A stretch of 60,273 bases of DNA, filler included, from Basidiobolus ranarum (Eukaryota): assembly GCA_040143965.1 (NCBI GenBank). It is 10 parts of 10 records of this genome, joined end to end, with 100 filler letters (N's around TTAATTAATTAA, not from the genome) between each part and the next. Parts side by side here need not be neighbours in the genome. Positions count along the whole stretch, not along the records: positions 48,330 to 54,253 come from JASJQH010001463.1; positions 54,354 to 60,273 come from JASJQH010001464.1; 8 more parts are not named here. One strand, given 5' to 3'. Positions within the stretch are counted from its first letter, which is position 1; each line of letters begins with the position of its first letter. The notes beneath the pieces are model-generated. The model searched no databases. It saw only the letters and a program-made list of their open reading frames with translations, and was not told where the DNA came from. Below are positions 50,834 through 60,273 of the stretch, one piece after another. Both the position numbers and the translations under genes were made by a program.

Positions 50834-51820
50834 ATGTCCGACATTGAAATAATAACAATCATCATCACGGCTGACAAATTCAACAACGAAACTACAGCAG
50901 AGGAGGCTGCTGCTTTATTTGCTAATGATATCAAGGGAAAAGCCGTACTAGTAACAGGAGGTACTTTGGGTGGCCTTGGGGCTGAAGCAGCTCGTGTTAT
51001 AGCCAAGTATAGTGCGGGTCCTGTCATTCTTAGTGGTAGGAAGCAGGATGCTCTAGACGACAGTATTAAAAAGATCAAGGAAGAAACACCAGAAGCCAAG
51101 CTGCGTTCCCTTATCATCGATTTAGCGTCACTCGAATCTGTTCGTCATGCGGCCAAAGTGGTCAATGAGTACTCCGAGCCCATCGACATTTTAATCAACA
51201 ATGCTGCTATCATGGCCTCCCCCTATAGTACCCTAACGGATGGATTTGAGTCACAATTTGGCGTCAACCACCTTGGCCCTTTTCTATTCACTAATTTAAT
51301 ACTGCCCCGAATTCTTGCATCCAAAACTGGTGCTCCACGTATTGTTAATGTCTCTAGTATAGGACACGGCTTTGGCCCTGCTCGACGATTATGGTTTCAA
51401 TAATGGCAAAGACTACAAAAAGTGGGAGGCATATGGCCAATCAAAGACAGCCAACATGTTGTTTGCACTGGAGCTGAGCAACCGATACAAGGAAAAAGGA
51501 CTCAGTGCATTCAGTCTCCATCCTGGAGGGATTAGAACCAATCTTATAAGATACGTGGATGTAGATACCGAGACCGAAACCATTGTTGGCGCCGATGGTA
51601 AGCCGCTAGTGATTGAGGATTTTAAGTGGAAAACATTCCCCAGGGTACGTCGACTCACATTGTTGCTGCTTTCGACCCGTCCATCAAAGATAAAAGTGGT
51701 TCGTACTTAGAGGATGCACAAGTCAATAATGCGGCTGCCAAACCATATGCGCTAGATGATACTAATGCCCGTAAATTGTGGGCTTTAAGTGAGAAGCTAG
51801 TTGGCCAGAAGTTTGATTAA
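50834..51820 (+). pseudogene. Short-chain dehydrogenase (retinol-DH/WWOX-like), frameshifted
   Basis: TGGTLGGLG, LINNAAIM, QFGVNHLG, VSS, YGQSK, LHPG and ARKLWALSE are split over three ORFs. Frameshifts near 51380 and 51635, with no intron signals. Confidence 0.8.
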
Positions 51821-53305
51821 TATAAAAAATTGGATTCAGAAATCTACATCATCTGAGTATTAGTTTATCACTGATCGTCAGTGGAATGTACATGTGGATG
51901 CTACTACTTGGTAGCAGTGCTGTTCGACTAATAAATTGGATAATGAATTCTAAAATTTAGCTGTTGCTGATTGTTCCTTACTATGTTCAACAATACGATA
52001 TTAAGAATTATCACGTGCAGATTGAATTCCGAGGATTTTTTAGACATTCCTTATAGCTAACATTGGCCAGTGCCCATGAAAGGTGTTAGAATTAAGCAGA
52101 GTGATTTTTAAAAAGATCAATCAATATTAAGAGTATACAATATATATATAATTATTGAATGACTCGCGTAGCGCATTTACACTTGATTCAATTTGCATAT
52201 AATCAGTCTTAATTGATTTCATCGAACATGAATCAAGTTGACTTATTTCTTAACCAAAGGTGGTCTCCTCAATGTAATCATTGTATGAAAGAATTCATGA
52301 GAAATAGCGTAATGAACCAATCAGGCCAGAGGTTTATGGGCTTGACGACATCCCTATTCTAGTCGTAATCCAGACTTAATGAACGTTTTTAAATATCTTT
52401 CTAACTAAAATTTTTGAACAAAAGTTCGGACATCAAAATGTTGACTAATAATTGTACGTCAGTTCATATCCACGTCGTGATTATATTGGAGTATTTTCAA
52501 ATACTATATTGTTCATAATTGATTCACTGTTTTCAATCCATAGTACAAATTTTAATATCTCAAGTGCATAGCATTGTCAAGTAAACACATTCAAATATTC
52601 GATTGCAATGTCACTTTTTGCCAGCATAGTCTGGTAGAATCCATGCATCAGTTCTAGGTACTTCAAATATTCGAGGCTAGAATAATTATAGCATTTAGAG
52701 TATCCCCAATTCTATAGCCAGAACTTCCGTCATTCCAAGCTATGCGATACAAACCACATCAGATCTGATCCCGCCAAATCCAGCTCGTTGACGCGTGTAA
52801 TTTCTTGTATTAGGCAAGATACAATGAATACAATTCAAGTCAATTTTGGCACTCTATCTTATGGAATCAGATACTTGGCTTCACCAGCACATAGCACAAT
52901 ACATATACTTGTATGTAATACGTATCCGGGCTCTGACATGTTTACTCTTGCAGTAATTAGTCGCCAAGTTCCTTTGTCACATCCAAAAATTCTGGGCCTA
53001 ATAGCTGTTCGGTTGGAATACTCGATATGTTTTCTGAGGCATACTCATTCTTCCATTTCTAAATTTGCAACAGAGAAAGAAGAAATATAAAGTACTATAG
53101 CAACATTCAATGCGCAAAAACCAATTATCCTTCCGAAGAAAGAAGCATCTGACTTCAATGTTTCAGTCAGAATAGTATCCCCGTGAAGGTATGCCGTTTA
53201 AAACACCAATGATCACAACAATACCTCTTACCGGCTCTTTACAACATTCGAATTTTTACCATATCATTCTTCTCTACGAGTTTCTAGATTCAGCCAATAT
53301 ACTTT

Positions 53306-53398
53306 TGATTAATCAATTTTGTTACTTTTACTGTCAATCAATTTTGTTACTTATACTGATTAATCAATTTCGTTACGTATACTGATTAATCAATTTCG
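53306..53398. repeat. Degenerate tandem repeat of about 26 bp, 3.6 copies
   Basis: Unit TGATTAATCAATTTYGTTACKTATAC at about 53306, 53332, 53357 and 53383. Confidence 0.8.
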
Positions 53399-53884
53399 GT
53401 GGATAGCCAATTTATGTACGGTTATTGGAATCCGTTCAGGTCAGAGTATCAAGAGAACTATCTCTCATGGATGGGTATTTCTTAGATAGTAGTTTATCCA
53501 CTTTTAACCTAGATACGCTGATAATTGAAGTGGGTGAATACAGACAAAGGATATACATCTCATACTAATGTACATACGCCATAACTAACTTGCTTGCTCT
53601 ATGTCCAAGAATCAAAATCTGGCTCTTTAATGTTCATAATGAAGAAAGCCGAATAGATAAGAATAGGGCCGAACAGATTTACGATAACCAATTTGATTGA
53701 CTTGATTACAATGGGAAATTAATAAATTCGAGACGTGCCCAGTATCTTGTTTACGTCGACAGTTTAATTCCAGACTTTCAAGTCTAGATCATTCAAGATC
53801 TTTATTCTTATTCCCAAATATCCATTTCAGATACTGATTATTGATTAGAGCTAACATACTATGCAATCGACTATACTAGTTTGA

Positions 53885-54253
<369 letters not shown>

Positions 54254-54353
54254 NNNNNNNNNNNNNNNNNNNNNNNNNNNNNNNNNNNNNNNNNNNNTTA
54301 ATTAATTAANNNNNNNNNNNNNNNNNNNNNNNNNNNNNNNNNNNNNNNNNNNN
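54254..54353. other. Artificial contig linker
   Basis: N44-TTAATTAATTAA-N44. Confidence 0.98.
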
Positions 54354-54904
54354 TTCATTTTCCCTTTTCCTTTTACCGGCATAAATTAATATCACTACCA
54401 AATTCCCCCCTAACCCTCACCCCTCAATTTTTTAATCCCCTAAAACCCCCCCCCCCTGAACTATCATTACATCCATGGAAATCTTCAAAACGGAATAGAA
54501 GTAAATCTCCTTATTTAATACAAAATCATTAAATATATGGGAAGTTATAATCATTCAAGTATATTCGTAGCTGTATCTCAGGATAACTTGGGAATTCATC
54601 AGTATATATACAATGGGCGGAACAGATCTTTGATAGCATTAGTTACAGAGTGACTGGTGATTAAATTGAGTGAATGAACATGATATGATGTTACATATAG
54701 GAGTTGGTAGCAATAATTTGAAAGAATCATAATTATCACATGGTATTTACTTTGTATATGGGCATTTTGATATTTTGGTTAATCGATTGCGACTTGGATG
54801 ATATTGCAGAAGGAACATCCAAAATAGAGTAACTATTGCTTTAAGAATTTTGTGTTGATGATTACTATTTAAAAGCTATATCGTCAATACATAATTGATT
54901 AATA

Positions 54905-55260
54905 TTAGTGTCCTTTCTTTTTAATAACTATTTTGAATCCTTGGTTTCTCCCTGCTGATTTTTTTAAACGTCTTTCTATTGAACCATCATCAATCTGACG
55001 TTGTTTCATGAATTCGTGAGCAAACTGTTCTCCATCTAATGTAGTAGAGCTGATATATATTGACTCAGTCATGATATCTCTATTAACCGTACGTGGTTCT
55101 AGTAGAAATGTGAGCAATATTTGAATAAACTCTTCAATTAGAAATATTCCTATCGTTCATAACGGTTCAAAGTATGGCTCCCCCCTCTATTAAATCACTA
55201 AAGTATACCATTGATCCGATTTAAGCCTTTAAGTAATACTCGACAGGGTGTAGATAATTC
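54905..55260 (-). pseudogene. Relic of the C-terminus of a GIGYF/Smy2-type GYF-domain protein
   Basis: PCRVLLKGLNRIN, intron, EEFIQILLTFLLEP...SIYISSTTLDGEQFAHEFMKQRQ...FKIVIKKKGH*. This matches the fungal WCxxxLKGLN/TLDGxxFAxEF tail. The expected acceptor reads TAA instead of TAG. Confidence 0.65.
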
Positions 55261-55562
55261 TTGTCAGTTTTTCTCTTGCTTCGTTGGTATATATGTAGTA
55301 GTTCAGTGTGGAGTTATGCTTGACGTTCTGCTATACGGGAGGTGAGGCTCTTGAGATATTCAGAAACCTATAATACCTTGTTCATTACTAGATGTATCCT
55401 TATAAAACCATCTGAGGAAGTGAGACGGAGTGGTATCAGAATATGCATGTAGTAAAGGATTGCCCGCACAATATCTTCTTCATGTAGTTGTAACCTACTA
55501 GGCAGGCGAGAAGGCGAGGTATTTTCATGATTCAGGAAAGAAACGAGATCGTTTAAGGGTCA

Positions 55563-57545
55563 CTATTTAACCGATTGTTTCGATAGAATCTCTTCAATAT
55601 TCAATGGTCTTTCATCACCAGCTTGGACGGTAAAATATAGGATGATCCCTGATCTAGGTGTAGAATCAAATTTTCTTTTGTTATCTGAACAATATCACAA
55701 AGGTAATTAGAGTGGATGTATTGAAGTAATACACCAATTTCCTACTAGATTTTAAAATTCTTGACCGTCAAGTTCAAGCTGTCACTTCCAGAACACTTTT
55801 TGTTAGGGTTTAGAGAGCGATAAACGATGACAATATTTTCTCTGGACAATGGAATAAAATCAAATACCCCTACTTTCTCTTCTCTTAGCAGCAATACCTC
55901 CTCGAAGAGAACCTCTCTCCTCTTTTGTGTAGCCCGTACCTGTTACAACAAATGTAATAATAAAATTTCTCCTACAAAAGTCAACATATAGTGACCAATA
56001 CTAGTTACCTTCTTTTCACGTTCTACTATCTCGATATTAGCCGTAGGCGGTAGACAATCCTCACTTGGAACAAATTCGCGCTTAGCGAAGTCTAATACCA
56101 GCCTTATACAACGAGGGTATAAATTTTTTCGAGTATTTAAAGAGTTCGGTTGCTCATTATCTAGTGCTTTAAGTTCAACTTCAATGCCCTCAGTCAGTAA
56201 TAAGATATTTCTACTTGAGTTAACTTGAAAGTATACTGACATTAAAGAATGAGAGAAAGTATATTTGAAGATTTCAGCAGGTCTAGAAGCATTACTCTTC
56301 GATAATCGCCTCAGCTTTGGCCAAGAAGAAGTAAATAAGTTCTCATAACAAGCTAAGCTTTTTTATGAACAAATAACTTACCACTCAGGTCAGAAATTCA
56401 CGGTAATACTTGACAATACTTACTATTGAAGGCAAATCGATATATTGTGAACAAAATGAAAGTTGTTGATTTTTGAAATGAGACTGAGAATGAGCTAACG
56501 GAAAGTTACACTTTTCGATTAGTTGGTAAGAACTTTTGACAATATATGTAAGTACTGTCTTAAATTTTTCATGTGTATATCTCCAAGCCGAATGATTATA
56601 TTCTATGTTTTGACGAAAAGTACTAATGCACCATGTGTTGAGAGTCTGGTTGACCTTTTCCAGATCATTCTTTATCTATTGGCAATGGAAACAGAGACAC
56701 TTAATTGAGCTCTATCTAACACTTGTACGATGAACAATGAGTCGATAAGTAAACGTACGATCTCATAGGTATTTTGGGCAAAGATTATACTGTATAGGTT
56801 ACAGAAATCAGCCACCTTCATGACTTCGTAACGCCCTATTTTGATGTTGCTCTTTGTTAAATAGGCCACTTATTGGTTGATTCTTCGGATCATTTGTTGA
56901 TTATACAGGACTTATGTTACACGAGATATCTTCAATTCTTGAGCATAAGTTTCCTCAGCTCGAACGTTGTATACCTTCGAAGCTTAAACAGCCCTTTCCT
57001 TAAGTTAACGACAAACATTAACATGAACTTCACTCACTAAGCCCTGTATATTGGATAATTGTAAATTCAGTATCAGCAACGTGTATCTATTAGAATTACT
57101 AGCTAGCTTAATAGCAACTTTCTCTAAAGGGATATCCCTACACTTCTATCAGCGTAGAACAACTGCAAGCACGTGCAGCTAGGTTTGAGCAGTAAGCATA
57201 TTAAAATAATACCCATTAAATAACACTAGCTTCAGTTCTTGATAGTTGGGTTTAAGGTGCTCATTTTTGATTTTTAACTCACACAATCGTTGTAGGGCAG
57301 GAGTACGTGCCCATTGAATGCCAAAAACTTAGATGCGTTATCAACAAGATATCAAAGTTCGGCCTCATAAGGCTAAAAGTATAAATCTATTCAGAGGTAG
57401 CCGAGTGTGTGACATATGGTTCCGCCTTTAATCTGGATCTAATTTCTAGAGAAGTACCAAGCAGTTACATTGTGAGTAGACTGGCACAGTGGAGCATTTG
57501 ATGTAACAACTACTTGAATTTTAACAACAGATTGAGAATATTGCT
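55563..57545 (-). pseudogene. Decaying 3' exons of an unknown multi-exon gene
   Basis: Exon-like segments with GT-AG boundaries (e.g. IKNDLEKVNQ..., QVRATQKRREVLFEE...), but in-frame TAA at 57005..57007 and 56984..56986 and other lesions. Confidence 0.45.
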
Positions 57546-57587
57546 GTTATCTATGTAGAATGACGGATGAAGAGTCAAATGTCATAC

Positions 57588-58786
57588 CTATCTGTTCAGA
57601 AAGTTCTCTTTATAGGTAGTTTTATCAATTTTCAAATGATAAATATTGACGCTGAAATTTGCCCAAGTGGTACGTTGGATGCTCCCGATGTTGTGCATAT
57701 TTTGACAAAATACCTAAAAATACAAGTTTAGTAATAGTAACCAACTGCCACTGTAGATCGTAGATGTAATTACTCTATCTCCGCGTCTTTGAATTCCTTT
57801 CCAATTATCCGGAAGTTTATTTGGCCGAACAACCAATGTATTGTTATGGCATTCAAAATCACTGTCTCTGACTAGTAGCTCAAAGCATCGACAACACCGC
57901 AATCCGGAATGAACGCGTTTCGTTTGATCAAACTTGTAAAGGAGATTAGATTATCAGTATACGAAGAATGTATAGAAAAATCAATGCTTGAATTACATCA
58001 ACATCTTGAGATGACTCCGTATTGTGGGGTTGCTGAGTACTCTCGGGTGAGCTGCTGTTACGAGACTGGAAGAAGTGTATTTATATCAGTATCTGTTCAA
58101 CGTTAGTTGAAGTGAAAAATTGAGAATTACTCCAGCAACATAATTCGTATCAAAGCCTCTATATTTTTTAGTGTGCTCAAAGTCTATATCTTCATCTATT
58201 ATAGGTCGTTTTGTAACTGCATTAGGCGGTAGTTCACAACCTATAACTCTTTTTGGGACCTGTAAAATAGTTCAGCATATATATTATCTGTGAGACAACA
58301 AAACAAGCAATCATACCTCTTCTTTTTTCTCAATCTCTACTTTTTTTTCGACTTGTACGTTTATATGGACATGTGTTTTTGAAACTGAATCTGTATTGAT
58401 CAGGATCTTTGAGGATATGAGGTATGATGTGTAAGTATGAACATGTCAAGTGAATAATATAGATGAAAGCTTTATACTTCAGTCGGAATAGTATCTTTAG
58501 ATCCAATTACATCAGATATATCGGCATCCTGAGTAACTTGGAACCCACTCTGTTGAGTATAAATGCCCATTAAATATACATTAGGATACCAGAAGCTTCA
58601 AGTAAGAATTATATTCTTTACCAAAAGATCTTCAGCAAGTTTGTTGGGTAATCCATTTTCCGCATTGTTAAAGCTGCTCTGGTCTGTCAACAATATTCGT
58701 TTGCGTTTCCTCAATTCCTTTTTGTATAATTTCTTTTTCTCTTTGGAAGTTAGGTCAGCTTTATCCATCATCGAAGTAAAGTCATT
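57588..58786 (-). CDS. Unknown protein, 7 spliced exons (58622..58786, 58478..58549, 58317..58406, 58131..58259, 57997..58065, 57774..57932, 57588..57713) ending in a CxxC...CxxxH domain; 5' end unresolved
   Basis: Six GT-AG introns of 57-72 nt. All exon lengths are multiples of 3, giving 269 uninterrupted codons before TAG. Basic NLS-like KKELRKRKR. Confidence 0.7.
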
Positions 58787-60273
58787 CTAGAGGTTTACAG
58801 ATAATCATCCTTAATAGATTAAATCATTTCCTTAAGCTAAACCTAGTTGGATAAGATAAACATAGACTATTACTACGTGATGAAATTTATGTGCTGCACT
58901 ATGAGTCTCATTCGTCTGCTGTGTGTACTGAAATGTAATGTTGCATAATATCCAATGACATTTAATATAATATTAGTTCCTGTAGCTAGATCGAGCATGT
59001 TTTGCAGAGTATGTCCAAACTGACCACGAGTCAATGAATGACTTTGTGATTTCTTGATTACTCCGTAAGTTCTACGACACTACAGCCGATCGCAATACTT
59101 GTTAGATGATAATTTTGATCATGAAAAGATCATCAAGGCGAACCAACGAGTACAAGAAGCCTGTTTTCATAGTCTCTCTGTGGTCAATGGCAAGATAAGC
59201 AACTGGTACATATATCTAGTTTAGGTTTTTTTGCTGTTAGCTTCGTGATTCATTGGCGGTACTTTACGTGGTACTTTGTTATCAATGGAGGATTCCGTAT
59301 TGTACAAACCACAATCGCATGCGTCTTTTAACTCACATATCTCGCTAGATCGCTATTGAGAATAGATGGGCTCGAATTCGCACGCTGTCGAGTGGTTAAA
59401 CATGGTGTTGCCATAATAATCAAAGTTTGGGAAACAAATCAGACTTGCAAAGCAATCTCATGACTTGATCGACACACCAGGCTGTGCCCGTGGTACGTAA
59501 AAATAGCAACGGTCGGTGGTGCATTGTAACTGTGGGATGAATCTAGTGCCGACTGAAGAGTTTCATTGATTCCTGTTGCGAAAGATCCTTAAACCCTCCA
59601 AATCTCTCTTTTGAGAACGCTGGTGTCAATGGTAATGCATCATAATCAATAGAAGTAACTTCCCTATTTAATCCTGAGCCCCAGAAGTAAGAGTTTTACT
59701 GACTAGCTAAATTCAGGGGCCTTCAAGCACTCATTGGTTTGACACTCACTCTATATAGCCCCATTAGTATCCCGGGTTTGGAGAGTGTTTTGATATCCAG
59801 CATCATTATACATGATATGTTTGGATCATTTTGACTTTTCACTTGTCTCTATACAGACAGTGGCGTTTGTGCCACCATTTCTGGAGTAAACACGGAGCAT
59901 CTGGTATTCATTATATATATATACAGCGCTTAATCTAGCGGACCGTCCACAGTCAGAATATATGATGAATCGTGGGATGGTTCCAATTCAGGCTCATCTT
60001 AAATGAATTAAAAAACCTCCGGTTTGCTTCACAGATTACTGCCAGAAGCGTATAACATTAGATATGAGTCAATGAGCAAGAGCGGACCATGACACTGACC
60101 TAAGGCACTCGTGTTCAACAAGCCAACGAGATTACCAGGAAATATACAAGTGAGAGCCTATTACATAATGGATGGATCACGGGCCATGTTTATCCAGCAA
60201 TCCCAGTAATAGGAGGAGATTTAGTAAATCTAATTTGGGGAGGATTCTCAGTAGATAATCCAACTTTAAATAG

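Noticed and set aside
51370-51645. Programmed ribosomal frameshifting in the SDR
   Set aside because: There is no slippery heptamer, residues are missing at the first site, and a probable start-codon lesion accompanies the shifts.
52620-53200. Exon-like segments on the minus strand
   Set aside because: They contain stops and no recognisable family motif, and no coherent model could be built.
54354-54460. Telomere-like C-rich tract (CCCTAACCC)
   Set aside because: Only a single unit sits within irregular homopolymer runs at a contig start, which is typical of a low-quality read end.
56980-57590. In-frame TAA/TAG as possible stop-to-Gln recoding
   Set aside because: Intact genes in the window end in TAA or TAG. 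The same region also has TGA, frameshift and splice-site lesions, so decay is the simpler explanation.

Overview
This window is not one locus. It is ten unrelated contigs of about 5.9 kb, in non-increasing size order (5951, 5951, 5945, 5941, 5940, 5937, 5934, 5930, 5924, 5920 bp), joined by artificial 100-bp N44-TTAATTAATTAA-N44 linkers. The sequence is from an AT-rich eukaryote with short GT-AG introns; the protein sequences suggest an early-diverging fungus (inference). Recognisable genes are a metallo-beta-lactamase-fold hydrolase, a YhgE/Pip/SNG1-like membrane protein, NOT1, a KDM4/Rph1-like JmjC demethylase, an ABC-F ATPase, a Clr4/SUV39H-type SET protein, a 57-aa NDUFA4/B12D-like gene missed by the ORF track, phosducin-like protein, NMA111, a peroxisomal acyl-CoA ligase and GAPDH. 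Several pseudogenes are present: an M28 aminopeptidase, an SDR and a GIGYF C-terminal relic. Contigs 6-8 are nested, strongly CpG-depleted transposon graveyards containing a reconstructable PIF/Harbinger element (transposase plus divergent Myb-like ORF), a CACTA/EnSpm-like element with a CCC-type terminus, copia remnants and solo LTRs. The most intriguing item is a multi-exon gene in contig 10, largely invisible to the ORF track. It has six consecutive phase-0 introns and encodes a zinc-site domain that resembles the RIG-I-like-receptor C-terminal domain or Yippee/CULT fold. All family calls are by motif recognition; no searches were run.
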